The notes beneath the pieces are model-generated. The model was not told the origin of the DNA and searched no databases. It worked only from the letters and a program-made list of their open reading frames with translations. The translations under genes and the position numbers were made by a program. A DNA stretch of 59,841 nt, counting the filler, from Catajapyx aquilonaris (Eukaryota), in NCBI GenBank assembly GCA_000934665.2. It is 2 parts of 2 records of this genome, joined end to end, with 100 filler letters (N's around TTAATTAATTAA, not from the genome) between each part and the next. Parts side by side here need not be neighbours in the genome. Positions count along the whole stretch, not along the records: positions 29,974 to 59,841 come from KZ539203.1; 1 more part is not named here. One strand, given 5' to 3'. Of the stretch, positions 32,531-46,413 are shown piece after piece. The number at the start of each line of letters is the position of its first letter. The first letter of the stretch is position 1.

Positions 32531-35330
32531 GATATTCGTGTTAGCCAAATGTTCTAACTAGTCATCACATGGGTAATAAAACGTAATAAGAACAAACTTG
32601 AATAAATACCTCCGAATAATGTAAGCAAAAAAATGCCAAAATCAACTAGAGCAACGTAGTTTTATTCATTCTAAAGATTCGAGAAGAAATTACCTTTTAG
32701 AACCATCCTGTATTACAGCTCACTATTCATAAAAAGAAGCATTAACCGACTAATGGAATTTTTGGCCACTTTTAGCCCATGAACCCCTCTTTGCTCTTAA
32801 TGGCAGCCTGTGAAGCTCTCGTGCTGGGCTCATTTACAATGCTGTTTCTTGCTTGACTAATAGGACGTATCCACCGTTGCCAAGATCTGGATCAATCAAT
32901 GATCTGGACTGGCTCGATCTGAATTAGGCGAATAGTTTACTGCACACCTGCTATTCAATCCTAGTAACCAGATACACATTTTCATTTAAAGTTCCGCACA
33001 TGTACCATCATAATTTTTTTGGATTAGTCTGATCAAAATCTGAATGGCTACACATACTTTAAAATGGCGGATAGGGCTCATTCAGGGAGAGTTGAGTAGG
33101 GAACATGCTCACTCCGGGGGAACAAAAATGGCGTAGCCCATATAATTTCTTTAATTCGAATGTACGCAGATAATGTCTGAATTGTAATCCGAAGATTCTT
33201 CAAAGCGGTAGGACTATGAAAAGAAAGGCGTGCGCGATGACCATCAGCAGACTCACCTCCTACCTACCCCCATCTACCCATCAATTCCTGGCCGGTGGTG
33301 ACAAAATGCTGCAATAATGGAGCCTGAATCCCACTGCGAAGAGGACGTAAATCACTGGAGAGTAAGACACACCCCGACAAAGTCTCGGCTTCATCGGAGA
33401 TATGATAGCCTCGACGACGAAAAAACGGCCAAATTTATTAGGGTAAGTGAAAATAAGATCAGCGTCTGAAATTTGTTTTTCCTCTTTTCTTTTTTGTATT
33501 TATGTACAGGGATGCACATATAATTGGACACATACCGAAAATATTTTATATAATGTCGGTGCTGTTTGTGTGAAATGGTATCTGACTCTTTAGAGGATGA
33601 CAAAACACGTGACACGTTTTTCCAACCGCATTTGTATTCTCCACAAGATGACATGACAAAATAGTCCCCGAGTTCTGGTCATACCGATTGCTTCAAAAAA
33701 ATTTCAAATATCTGTAATTGTCACAGTCGAAACAATACATACCGCAAGGCATTCCGCACCACCTTGCATTCTTCATTTAAAACAGGTATTACCATATACG
33801 ATACGAACGGAAATCTCAATCTCATTATGTGCAGCAGGCACCAGTCACCTAGACAATAGCAGCGAGCGTCATATAGGCTGTCTCCACATTGCACGCTAAT
33901 TATCTGAATAACGAGACCAAATGATATGTGCAAATGAAATAACCCCAGGATTCGCCGGAATTAATCAGAAAAACCCTCTACAACAATAATGCAGTATAAG
34001 CTTAACGTCATGGTGAAGGACTGAATGCAAAGCTAATTCAAATGTCTAATAAAGCTCAGAGTTGATGTGAAGGTCAGCCAGGTGGTGTTGACGGTAGATG
34101 TGCTGGTCGATTTATACTCCAACCAGATTCGCTTATTCGAACTGACTTTAAGCCAGATATGCCTGAATAATTTTCTTGTTTAATTAAAACTGACTACAAA
34201 CCTAACAATAGTACTTGTCCTATATGTAGGACGCTAGACTATTCAAACCTTAAAACAGTAGTCAACATCAGGTGGTATGAGACATATGCATTTTTCTACA
34301 TTGGAAAGACTTCTTTGCTACTATAGGTAAGTAGTAAAGAGATTCACCCTTTCCTCCTACAACTGAAAATAGCAAGTTAAACCTATGACAGTAGGGCAAC
34401 ACGGTGGAAGACGAGCGTCTCCGTCATCCGGATTATTCTCACGGAAAAGTATCGTGTGAAAAAGAAGTGATAGCCCTTCTCCTAAACCAGTTTTCAAAAG
34501 CATCCTTAAAGCCGAGCGTTGCCAATAGGATTGCGATGCGAAAGCTGGAAGTGCCCTATTCTGAGAAAAATGCCTGTGCTTTCATATTCTGTCAGACTTG
34601 ACAAAAATTGTCACTCCCAGTAGAAGAAGTGTCTTTATTCCACTTGTGTCCTCAGCCAATTTCGTTCCAAGCAGACTGATATCCCCCCAAGACATCAGAT
34701 GTCTTGGGGGGATATCAGTCTTGCATAGATTCTATGCAAGTAGCGAATAATTATTATTTGATTAATTAACGACGTTTGTCACCAATTTGAAAATAAGTTG
34801 TTCCATTTTTATTCAACGCCCGCGTAGGTGTGAAAATAAAACTGCGTAGGTATAGCGTCTTCTCTGACACGCTCCTGAAAATTGAAATAGACGCTTATGC
34901 AAGTGGCTTGTTTATTATTAATTATATGCAAGAAGTTGAGATTTCTTGATGAGCTCATTATAGATTTATAGGCCTGGCTTTTATTTAATTCATACCACAC
35001 GGAGAGCTTTACCATGTAGGAAAAGATGTACAACTCAGGTGTGCAGTGTCGGCCACAATCACGCGGAGAAAACGTGTAACATCAACGTTCTGTATAATAT
35101 ATTTTATGTATTACTGCGGTATAGGTGACATACATATAGATGAGGCAGTTTTATACTGAAGGGTTGCTGTATGACGAATTTTCTTACCTAACATGCTGGT
35201 GCGTCACAATAAGCTGACTGATTACAAGCCATAATGTAGAGGTTCTTTGGATGACACGATATAAAACGAAGTGGTCAAAATAATATTCGGACATGTAATC
35301 CACACACATGTTAAATTGTGCACTATATTT

Positions 35331-35615
35331 AATAATTCATACCCCGTTATCAGCCTATTGGCTCTTTAGGGGGGGGGGGGGATTTGTTTTGCCTGGAACT
35401 CTTTGCTTTAATTTTACTGCGCTTTTTGGGATAGGATAGGGACGGGAGGAAGCGGCTGTGGCCTATTAATTACGGAAACAACTCCGGTATTTTCCTGGAA
35501 GGACCGTGGGAAACCACAGAAAACCACGGTCAGAGTTGCCGGCCACGGGATTTGATCCCAGGACCTCCCGATTGGCAGTCGGACACCATATCCATTCCAC
35601 CACTACTGCTTCGGT
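35331..35615 (-). mobile_element. tRNA-derived SINE, family 1
   Basis: Head ACCGAAGCAGTAGTGGTGGAATGG..GGATCAAATCCC. 16-bp TSD ATTGTGCACTATATTT. Confidence 0.9.
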
Positions 35616-36115
35616 ATTGTGCACTATATTTGCCAAGTTTAAAAGTAAATCTAAGTTCAAATACAAAAGTTAGAGGACATCTTCAATATAGAGTTATAGA
35701 CTAATTCTATAGGCAGGTTAAGGATGAAAAATTGGGACATCCTTTAATTAAACGTAACTATCTTGGTTCATACTGTAAATCTGAAGGAAATTGTGATAAT
35801 AAAGTGTAACAACTCTTGTTTACAGTTGCTCTGCTTGAAAGAGCGGAGTTATACTGCACTTGCCTGTAAATGTTCGTAAATGGATCGTGAATCCAAGCTT
35901 TACTTTCAGGATTTTGTCTTCATATCGGCGTGCCGTATCTAAGATACGAAAGTGGCGCATGCCTATAACACCTATACAGTATTGGTGTAACCAATTAGGT
36001 ATGTTTGATTGAGATTTTGGGTGTGAAATGCCAAGAGAAACGACGCAATGGGCCCAATATTACTCCTGTAAGGAAGTTTCATACCATTTTGTTGGCGAAA
36101 ATAGTGGGAATAGTA

Positions 36116-36366
36116 CACACAGAAAAATTTCCGAGTCAAATGACTAGGTTTCTCTAGTCAAGTGACTGAACTGGAAAACTAGCCTTGACTAGTCAGCCCA
36201 CTAGCCTGGCAAGCACTAGCCTGGCCTGACTAGTTCTCGAGACTCGTCAGCTGACCAGCGGCACTAGTCTCTCGACTAGCGCACTAGTCATCTGACTCAG
36301 GAGGGTAGGCAATATACTAACCATCCTAGTCATTCGACTGGGCATCCCCATCCATTTTTCTCTGTG
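36116..36366. mobile_element. CACTA-like MITE with GACTAG/CACTAG repeats
   Basis: TA|CACACAGAAAAAT ... ATTTTTCTCTGTG|TA, with many internal ACTAG motifs. Confidence 0.65.
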
Positions 36367-38129
36367 TAGGAAGCCATAGTTATGCCACGAAGACATTACT
36401 ATAGGCTTATTAATGTTACTTTTTAGAACAAAAATAGCGTGATTAAATAATCTCTGCGAACTTGTTATTTCAAACAAAAATTCAGTCAAAATGTGAATAG
36501 GCTGGACTGTAATAACAATTTAACTTTTTTTACTACCCACTTTTGCTACATTAAAAATATTACAATCATTTTGTCACTCAGCTGATACAATATTGGTTGT
36601 AATTTTCGCTTACAAATAACATGCACTTAAACCTGCAATTTGTGTCACAGGTTGGGAAAGATAGCATTTATGGCCACGAATAAAAAAAGCTCGGAAAACG
36701 CTATTCTAAGGGATGACTGACACTAATAAAATCGGGGGGTAGATGATAGAGGTTCCCAGGAGTATTAACGTTGCGTTTGAAAATTGGCTTTGCAGATGGC
36801 GGTAAAAAAAAAAAGGTTCGTGGTAGCTAATACCATTAGTTACTTGCCTGGACAGTCAGATCAAAATTTTGCATTTATTTAAAACGCAATATTAAATACG
36901 AATATATTACAGACCACATTTGCTTTGTGTTACGTTAATGCTATTTATTCTCATGGCCATGGCTGATATTTTTAAGCCCGGAATGATAAGGATAAGCCAG
37001 GTATAGCCCATGTGATGCCGCCTGGTTGTATCCGGAGTCGATCACCGGATTTGATGCTGTAATTGTAGGCCAGAAGATGGCAGCAGGTGTGTAGGAGAAG
37101 CTGAATGCTCCTAGCAGTACTGGTTGAGGCGGGAAAATCAGGAAGGAGAGAGATAGATAGGAACTTCTTGCCTTCGCCAAAGAGTGGCACTAGCATCTGC
37201 AATCGAGCATTTGCCCACACTATTACAGATAGTCTACGTAATGGAGGTAAACACGGAAAAGGTCAAGGAACTTCAGTGTATACAGAAGTAGGACAGTGAT
37301 TGTCATATTAACTTATGGACAATATAATATATGAGTTCATATGGCTTCAGAAGTCACATTTTACATAAAAATGCAGGATGTAAGTTAAAACTAGTAACCT
37401 TTGAAGGCTTTTCTCCAATTACTGATGTAATGGAAATTTGACATGAGAGTGCGGTATTGTTTACTTCACATGTTTGCAACAGTGAAATGCCCAGATTTTC
37501 AATGGGATATTAGTTGGTATTGGAATGACCCAGTGGCTTTTACAGGTTGGTCACGGTCATCACGTTGACATGTCTGGAAGCATTTAGAATTTCAGCACAC
37601 GGTGTTTGCTTGGACATGGCATTAGGAACATCCAATATAACCCATTAACCCTCTCTATTGGCATGTTTATAAGCATTGCGTGCTGAAAATTGGACCAAGT
37701 GCACATGCAGAAGGCATGTTGGTCCCTTACAACAATTTGGCCGGATATTGGGCTTGTACTTGGCAACTGACGGTATTCAGGATTGTAAACTGGAATTGCA
37801 CTATTGCCCAATTTCCTTTTGTGCATGCTTCCAGTCGACCTTGGGAAGTATAATCATGAAACTTTCATGTCAGATCCATGGGAAGGTGTTACTTCAGATG
37901 GGAAGGTGTTACGTTTTGCCATATTTCATAATGCCTGGTTTATTATCAGGATAGATGGACTGTGTCACAATAGAAATATTGGAAGGCCTACTTGTATCGA
38001 TACTTGTATCCTCCTGAAGCCCGGATTTTTTATTTTATTTTTTATTTTATTATTATTAGAATTTTTTTAAATTTACAATAATTTTAAAACCCAATGGCTA
38101 GAGGGCTGTACGCGGGGCGTCAGGAGGAT

Positions 38130-38961
38130 GGGTCAAATTGAGGATGGTAAACAAAGTTGTTTATTTCCAATAATAATTTATTATTTGCATTTTCTGTTTT
38201 TATGCTATGTAATGCCGAAATATTTAATCATAAATTTTACATGATAATTTTTGTGCCACTACTGTAACGACAGATTTATGAAAACTTTCGTACATGTTGA
38301 AACTTTACTTTTTATTAGACAAATTTTATAAGCATGCTTCCCACACCTTCACAATGCAATGTGGAAATAAAATATTGTTATTACCATCTTCGTAGTTTTA
38401 TACACAAGCAAGCATTAAATAAGTTCGTCCTAAAATTTGCGTTAAATTACTAGTTCATGCACAATATTATGACGAATACAAATGATGCAGCATCGGAAAT
38501 AGTCCCATGTGCAATTTGCATCATTTTCGTGTTACACGTGTATAAATTAATGCCATTTAAATAATATTTTTGTCAAATTAATACACATGACTCTCGAATT
38601 TCGGTAGTAGCGCAATGATAATGGCCTGTCTGTTGAAATTATGACAATTCTTATCTTTTTAAATACTTGCAAGCGTGTAAAAACATGAAGATGGAAATTT
38701 TATTCCCACATTGTGAAGGTGTGGGAAGTGTGCTTATAGCACTTCTATAATAAAAAGTAATGTCTTAACACATATGAAAATTTTAATTTAGCGGTTACTA
38801 TAATGATCAGTCGTTAAGGTAATGACAGAAAAATTATTACATTGGAAAGCTTCTGGTGAAATATGATGACATTACAGAACTAATAGGCCTGTACATAGAG
38901 AATGTAGGAAATAAATTATGGTTGAAAGTAGCATCTTTAGTTACCATACTCAATATGACCC
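38130..38961. mobile_element. Old AT-rich foldback element
   Basis: Arms ~38130-38420 and ~38650-38961 are diverged reverse complements (CTTCCCACACCTTCACAATG / CATTGTGAAGGTGTGGGAAG). A second copy lies at ~59000-59745. Confidence 0.7.
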
Positions 38962-39033
38962 TTGAGCAAATATCGACCAATAAACTCAATTACAAATATT
39001 TGAGTAATTATGTGTAATTGACTAGCCTTATAA

Positions 39034-39112
<79 letters not shown>
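39034..39112. repeat. (ATT)n microsatellite
   Basis: Direct reading. Confidence 0.97.
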
Positions 39113-39115
<3 letters not shown>

Positions 39116-40027
39116 TTCCCTTTTTAAGGTACACTACCTTTTGAGGGGGGAGTTGCCTCTATTTAGTTTATAATTAAAGGACACTTGACAAAAACCTAGG
39201 CTTTATAAGGCCTCTTATAGAGGGAGATAGGACAATATCTTCACATCATAAAACGTGACCCCCACAAATTCTGTACTTGCTCAATCTCTCTTATACAGTG
39301 TATAATATGACGTGTTTACCATACCTTGAACTGCCATGCAGCAAAGCGTAAAAGAAATATCTCCTTCGAAGCTGTCATATTGACTGTCAAATTTTAAAAT
39401 CCTGGCACACACACTTGTATAATCGTATAGAAACTTGTTCTTGTTTTGAATTTCCGTTTGTTGTTGGATGACCTGTCCGGGAACTTTCTGAGAGATGGAG
39501 AAATGTCGTTGTCAGGCATAGGGACATCAAAGGAAAAAAAAAATATGGATTGCTGCCCATTTTGCATCAATTTGGATCTAATCAGGATAATACTTTTTTT
39601 ATGACGGGGGAGAGATTTCGATTGGTCTAAAACTTTTTTTGGTATGCCTATTTTCAGTCATTTGAGAAGTCGAATTAGGATATACTGGAGTAAACAAAGG
39701 GGAAAGTTTGTCCCATATTTTGGCTACGGAAGCACCTGATGAACGGTCAAAGCTATTGTACCGCCTTTTATGAGAATATACTAGGCTATAGCTATTATTT
39801 TCATTTGATGAACATTACAGCACTGGCTACTGTAATTAATTTGAAAGTTATGATCTAGAACTACGGTGTAGCATTACATACTTTAAAACAATTTCTAGGT
39901 AGGCACTTAAATGATAAGCATGGCTGCCAACAGAGATTAGACAACACTTGCAGCCATTTCTCCATACTTTAACTTTAGTATATAACTCAATACAAAAGAA
40001 ATTGTTCGTTTAAATTCCCAGATATGT

Positions 40028-40308
40028 ACCGAAGCAGTTTGGTGGAGTGGCTATAGGGTCCGACTGCTAATCGGGAGGTCCTGGGTTCGAGCCCCGGGGC
40101 CGGCAACTCTAACCGTGGTTTTTTGTGGTTTCCCACACTTCCTCCAGGAGAATTCCGGGGTTGCTTCCTAATTAAAAAGGCCACAGCCGCCTCCTTCCTT
40201 CCCTATCCTATCCCAAAAAGCAAAAAAGTAAACATGTAAGCAAGAGTTCCAGACAACACAAAAAAAATTCCCCCTAAAGAGCCGAAAATGGCTGATAACG
40301 GGGTAAGA

Positions 40309-40375
<67 letters not shown>
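40028..40375 (+). mobile_element. tRNA-derived SINE, family 1, with expanded (ATT)n tail
   Basis: A box TGGTGGAGTGG, B box GGTTCGAGCCC, TSD AATTCCCAGATAT. Confidence 0.9.
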
Positions 40376-40378
<3 letters not shown>

Positions 40379-40849
40379 TCCCAGATATTTCTGACCTTCT
40401 TATCCATAATCTTGAACACATTTGTATTTGGAACATCTGGCAATAGAATTGCTTAGTTTGCATGCAAGTAATATTTTTCCTGTAAAAATGACGCGTTACA
40501 CCTACTAATTATTAATTGCGTGTAGTTATGAATGAACATTCAGCTTGTCCCAAAGTAGGACACCAGATATGGCAGGATTTTCATCCCCCCAAAAAATCAC
40601 ATTTGGATCAGATTTTTCAGTTGGCATGGAATTCTGCTCCATCTGAAGCGACCCACTTCATTCAGAAACATGGTTTCATATAGAACGTGCTTGGGTTGGT
40701 GACGTTGCATTACGAAAAAGTATTGGAAATTCATATCTTCCAATCCAATTTTTGTATCGTATCATTCTGAAAAGCTTTTTTCTAACATATAAACATCAAA
40801 GTATGCTTGTTAGTGTTAAAATATCTTGTCACAAAAATTAAACCTCGGA

Positions 40850-41170
40850 AGAAAAAATAATAGCCTATAGTTGGATGACTTGAAACTCTTACGACTGACT
40901 TGTGAAGAGGGTTCAGCTCTCTTGGAACAGCAGAATACCAGGGGGCTTTGTTCTACCTCGAATGGTGCAGTTGTCGCAGGGTCTCAACGTGTTAGTGTCA
41001 ACTACGCCATTCACTGCTGCACCAGGAGGCAGCTATAGTCCATCAAGAGGATTCACTCTCTCACACACAAAAAAATGGCTGTTCCCTTTTTGCCTAACCA
41101 TGCAACAGTTCGTGCAAGCAGTGTTGCAAAATGCAACTTTTGTTGTCAAGAGGTCTACAATGCTTCTGAT
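40850..41170 (+). pseudogene. Possible P-element/THAP9-type transposase C-terminal relic
   Basis: Stitching frames gives IIAY.VG...RLTCEEGSALLEQQNTRG.LFY, reminiscent of the YIAGY..CxxC..NRGGL motif. Heavily decayed. Confidence 0.3.
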
Positions 41171-41274
41171 GGAAATGAATTATTATATGAGCTATTTTGA
41201 ATCACAGTTACATGTTATATCCATCAATTTGGACCTGGGGTAACTTGTTTACTTCTGACATTTTAGATACAGTA

Positions 41275-42031
41275 CAATGCTGGACATTAATTCCGTCATA
41301 CTGCTAGCGACATTTTCCGATGCGGCAGACGTACAAATTGAAGTGATGCAGTGCGAGCCGTGCGAGTAAGAAATGGTCGCCCTTGGGTGACGTCCAAGGG
41401 GGTACAGGGCTGGACAAATTAGCCGTCGCTGAATGTTTTTTTTCCGTCGGCGACGGCGCTGCGTTACCTGGCAACCCCGTCCGGCGGGCCAATTCAAACA
41501 CCAGCACATGGAGAGCGCTTCCATTGTTGCCACTGTTTACAAATCGAACGAGTGACGCGGACGACCCAGCGACGGGTCTCTTCTGCCTGCGCACTCACCC
41601 ACTCGATTTGTAAACAGTGGCAACAATGGAAGCGCTCTCCATGTGCTGGTGTTTGAATTGGCCCGCCGGACGGGGTTGCCAGGTAACGCCGCCGCCGCGC
41701 CGTCGCCGCCGAAAAAAACCATTCAGCGACGGCTATTATGTCCAGCACTGTACTCACTTCGGTACTCCGATGTACACCTGCAGTGGTACTCTCAGGTACT
41801 CCCAGATACTCATTGAATTTGGTACTCCGGTGTACACTTTACAGTCGAGTGAGTATACCCCCCCTCGGTGACGTCACTGGCTGGAGACAAGCCATTTTCT
41901 CCATTGCCCCCCAACCGGTGACGTCACTCAAGGCCTACCTCTTCTTACTCGCACGGCTCAGACTTCGATTTGCACTTCTTCCGCATCAGATAATATCGCA
42001 AGCAGTATGGCGCGATTAATATCCAACACTG
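41275..42031. mobile_element. TA-targeting MITE (outer)
   Basis: TA|CAATGCTGGACATTAATTCCGTCATACTGCTAGCGA..GAGCCGTGCGAGTAAGAA is mirrored at 41942-42031 and followed by TA. Confidence 0.75.
41405..41750. mobile_element. TA-targeting near-palindromic MITE (inner)
   Basis: TA|CAGGGCTGGACA..AGCCGTCGCTGAATG ... CATTCAGCGACGGCT..TGTCCAGCACTG|TA; arms ~150 bp. Confidence 0.85.
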
Positions 42032-44209
42032 TACCATGGTACCACAATATCCTATAGGGAATATTGTAACACCTGGTGTACAGTATATTTTAATTACATA
42101 CATAGCACTAATGTATTCATAACTAACTGGGCCTGCGGATTGCTTGCACTTTGGGTGAAGAGGAGTACAATACTCTTAAGGAAGCTTCTCTCGCCGGTTT
42201 TAGTAATTTTATGAAATGGTGCAGAACCGTGTACAGTACATTAAGGGCATGAAATATTTATAGATGTTTGATGTGCGTGGTGTGCATGTGGGGGGGGTAA
42301 GTTTCAGGAGGGAGGGACCGAGAAAGATTATTAATCGCAAACATGGTAAAATAGTTAAAAGCGGAATAGTAATGTACGCAAAGTTTGCAAAATATTGTTT
42401 ACTATCGCATGGGAGATTTCATTATACAAACGCGGAATCGAATAATGCAGATCTGTAAAAACGGAATACATTTTGAAATGTGATAAGCTTAACATCCATA
42501 TTCTTGCGTACATAAAGTCTTGCTAATGAGAGATATTAGTTGTTGTGCATACTCTAAAAATTAATTATTAAAAATAACATTTTAACGATTTTTAAAAATT
42601 GAGTGATATCGGTGCGCCACTTTTGTAATGGTTCAGACCAAATGTCTGCAAAAAAAAAAAATTGTCAAAAATCTCATTCATCAAAATTGTGTTCTTAAGG
42701 TGGTGAGGAGCGGAGTAGTGTCATTTGTTTCGGAGATTTGAACGTTCGATCGTTCAAAAAGGAGTCGTCGTTGCGACACGACAGTAGGGAGCCTTCCCGC
42801 GACGGACGTGACCTGAGAGAGGGCCAAAACGACTCTTTTGGGCGAGGTCGTTCCAAATGACCCAAGTAATGGATAGTACACAACGGTAGATGGAGCAGCC
42901 TGATGTACCAACAGGGTGCTTTTAAATGAAAAGAAGAAATGAAATTGGTAGATAGTTTTTGGTTGCAGATAGTTATTCATCGATGTTGTGCACTGACTAT
43001 AAAAAAACAATAGTAAGTAGCCATTTATTGATGCGCCATATACGGGTAATATGAGCGAAAAATTATGTATAATTGCGTAATTTACGACTATCTGTGTAAC
43101 GGAGCCAAAAATTGCTATAATCAACAGTAGCTTTATCTGAGAAATTCGCAAGAAACATTTTGAATCACCCGGTACAGAATTGGGAATTCCTGCCGATTAA
43201 AAATATTTCCAATATTTTGCAACTTGCAGGATGTTGAACTTGTAAGTAAAATGTGATGCACAGGTACAGAGTGTGATATTCTTAATTATCATTAAATAAT
43301 AAATGCAACAGAGCAAAGTCTATGCTAACTTCATTTTATTGATCGGGTTGTAGGCCTACGTTACGTCACTGTGTAAAGTTGCTGCAGCGCAAAGACATTA
43401 ATCATCTGGACGGAACGGGAACAAAACGTGATAAACGGGAAACCTCTTGACACAACTCTCAAAGGGCTGCGATGAATTTTTCGCCAGATAATATAATAGA
43501 CCTGGGACTGTCTACGTGCTGCGACAATTTAGACGTTTGAAAACCTAAAGTGCAAAACGATCAGAGTCACATTTGAGTCGAAATTGAGTCATGTAAGAGT
43601 ACTTTCTACTAGTCGAGTCAGTTTTCTGATAAGGAATTGCAGTACCCTACAAATATGTGAAAACATTAATCCCACTTAGAATTAATATTTAAAAATGCGA
43701 CTCTGCATTATTATAAGTATAGAGTCTTCATTTTCTATAGAAGAAAATCACTATCGTAGTTCAGATCTAGGTGAGTTTTGAAGTTCCGAAAACAAACTGT
43801 GATTTGTGATTCACAAAATAGTTAATTGCTATGGATTGTAAAGCATCACATGATTTTGGCTTAGGAAAATAACATTTCAATTATTAATTTGGAATAGGCT
43901 TCGCGCATATTTCCTGTTAATTTTCATGATGAAAACCTCGACACGTGTTGTGAATCAACTAAACGACCGAGATGTCAAAAATAAATTGCAACGCTTTAAT
44001 GACAGCAATATGAACAGTCAATAACCACATGTTCACTCTCTCCACCTCTCTTCAATCACATGACATAATCTGTGCCTATAACTGTGGCCTACATGATAGT
44101 GGACAGGCCCTCAATATAGAAAGTACTGGATCACAGCAAAGAATCACTAATTTTGTATTTATAATATTATAAAACTTATTGAAAGTGCTGTTCAGGTTTA
44201 TACCATAAA

Positions 44210-44517
44210 CTAGGCACCAACTTGCCAAAATTTGGCATCGAAGCGACATATGATGGTGAAGTACAGAAGTAAGCGAGTCGCCACCCAGGAGGTGGAGCCC
44301 TGACGCCCGGAACGGCGGAAATGGGAATTCCGTGGAACGGACGCGGTCTGGTTTTTATGGCGGTTTTTTGAATTTTACAACATCCCTCGGCACCATTTCC
44401 AAAAAATAAAAGTGGTTTGCAAATATAGAAAACACGGTCAAAATTTGGACCCCACTCCCAAATCTGTAGGCCGTACGATGCGGGAGGAGTTTCCATGATA
44501 GTCGGCTTTTAATATGA
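44210..44517 (-). mobile_element. Non-autonomous Helitron
   Basis: Minus strand A|TCATATTAAAAGCC ... TGCCAAATTTTGGCA hairpin ... CTAG|T. Body homologous to 55952-56295. Confidence 0.75.
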
Positions 44518-45509
44518 TGTCTGAAATCTTAATATGTATCTATATCAAGTGGGTTTTTTAAATATACGTTAGAACTACTGTACTTTCACCGTATTACCGC
44601 TAAAATAGCCGTATGTTGGTAAAATGTTGTGAGAAAAATGCACATCTGGTGGCTATATGGGCATGCCGGTATAGAACGGGACTTTGCCTACATTTTCCAT
44701 GCGAAAAATACATCAAGTGAAAACTATAATTTCTTCCGACAAGAGAAAAATAGAGTACCGCCTCTTTCCCCCATCAGTCAGTGTCTTATTTCTGAGGGCT
44801 CTAATGCTCCTGTCAATCACGTAACAACATTTGCAATGAAATGTGACCTTCTCCACATTCTCTGAGCAAGTGCTTTTTAATAACAATTGTTATTAAAAAG
44901 CACTGGTTCACACTTACATTTCACTTCCAATCGGAGTTTTGCTTTGAGCCTCCTCTCAAGGGATTTGTAGACATTCATTTGTGATTAAATATTTAATAAT
45001 TTAATAATTTTCTTAGTATATGAGGTCTAATTTTAAACAAGGCATTGTTACCATATTCAGTAAAGTCATACAGAAACTTTCAATATATTGTGTATCATAT
45101 TGGGAGACTACCTAGCTACACATGGAGTAATATCAATTTTTAAAAGTTATTTTAGCGCTCTCTGGAGGAATATGAGATTCTCATTCCCCAGATTCGATAA
45201 AAATGCAAAACGATGACATGCCTAGAAAAAAAGGGGCTACAGAACAACTACTGCAGTAGGTAGAAGATGTAAGACGATGGGCTGGAAACGTTAATAATCA
45301 ATTGCACACGAAATCAGGTTGCTATGAAACTGTAATGCAATTACGGAAAAAAAGACTATGCCAAACTTTAAATAATTCATTTTTAATCATTAAATTACCA
45401 TTTTAAAGGTATGGGCTCAGAATATCGGCCATCTCTATGACTGGCGGTTTTTAAAAAGTGCTTTAAAGAGGATTATTGTATGCCAATCGATAAAAGAAAT
45501 TATCTAATA

Positions 45510-45815
45510 TGTGGCCGAGATGGTCACGTCTCGACTTGCTGCGTGAACGGTCCCAGGTTCGATCCCAGCTGGGGAGTTCCCTTTCACCTGCGTCAGGAGG
45601 GTCTCTGACCTGCACCAAGGAGGTGTCTGGCAACCTAATTTCCTGGGGAACAGCACATGACCCCATACCAGACATTGCACTTGCACCCCATGTTCCCTCC
45701 CCAAAAAATCCCCATCCTTACCCCATGTCCTTTCATCCTTGCACCGGAGTGAGAAGAAAAATCAGAAAATTGAAGGAAAAACGGTGGTATTCCACCCCCC
45801 TTATATGGGGTAACG
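45510..45815 (+). mobile_element. tRNA-derived SINE, family 2
   Basis: TGGCCGAGATGG A box, GGTTCGATCCC B box. Collinear with 20848-21226. Confidence 0.8.
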
Positions 45816-45964
45816 TAAAAAATGTAAAAAATGTAAAAAAAATCATTTCCCAATTTAAAACTGTATAATTATGACCCCGCGACAACTGCTTCTATCTGCA
45901 AAATAAATATGCCCACACATAATTATGTACAGTAGGCCTACATTTAAATGTAGCCAGTATATAA

Positions 45965-46089
45965 CCTCCTGAGACCCCTAGTACACCTTTCAATCACCTT
46001 TGTTTTTGTTTCTTTTTACGCGTTTGAGTTAGTCAGAAGGTGCTGGAAAAAACAACGGTACAGTATACTGTACCAGGGGTCTCAGGAGG
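45965..46089. mobile_element. piggyBac-type MITE
   Basis: ATAA|CCTCCTGAGACCCCT ... AGGGGTCTCAGGAGG|ATAA; perfect 15-bp TIR. Confidence 0.7.
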
Positions 46090-46349
46090 ATAATATTAAG
46101 TCAAAATTTTCGAAGCATTGTCAAATGTTACTTCACTGGTCACAGTCGCAAAATGGCCTGGGCCTCCTATGCAGAATCATATTTAGTTCCTCTCGTAATG
46201 CCATTTCCCATTTCTTTTTCAGCAGCCATAATTCATTAATTTGTCCCTTGTCTCGTCCACTTTTCATGCCTCACGCAAAGCGAACGAGCTAGATCCATTT
46301 AGTTCATCTCCACATCCCTACATAGAACGCTGCTTTGTGAAAACTGGGC

Positions 46350-46411
<62 letters not shown>
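46350..46411. repeat. (AAT)n microsatellite
   Basis: Direct reading. Confidence 0.97.

Positions 46412-46413
<2 letters not shown>

Noticed and set aside
36941..37960. Possible host exons (also 32690-32950, 46500-47700, 57440-57950)
   Set aside because: No recognisable protein motif or consistent open frame between splice sites could be established by eye.
40028..40110. tRNA-like sequences here and at other SINE heads
   Set aside because: They continue into a shared body and tail with TSDs, so they are SINE heads, not tRNA genes.
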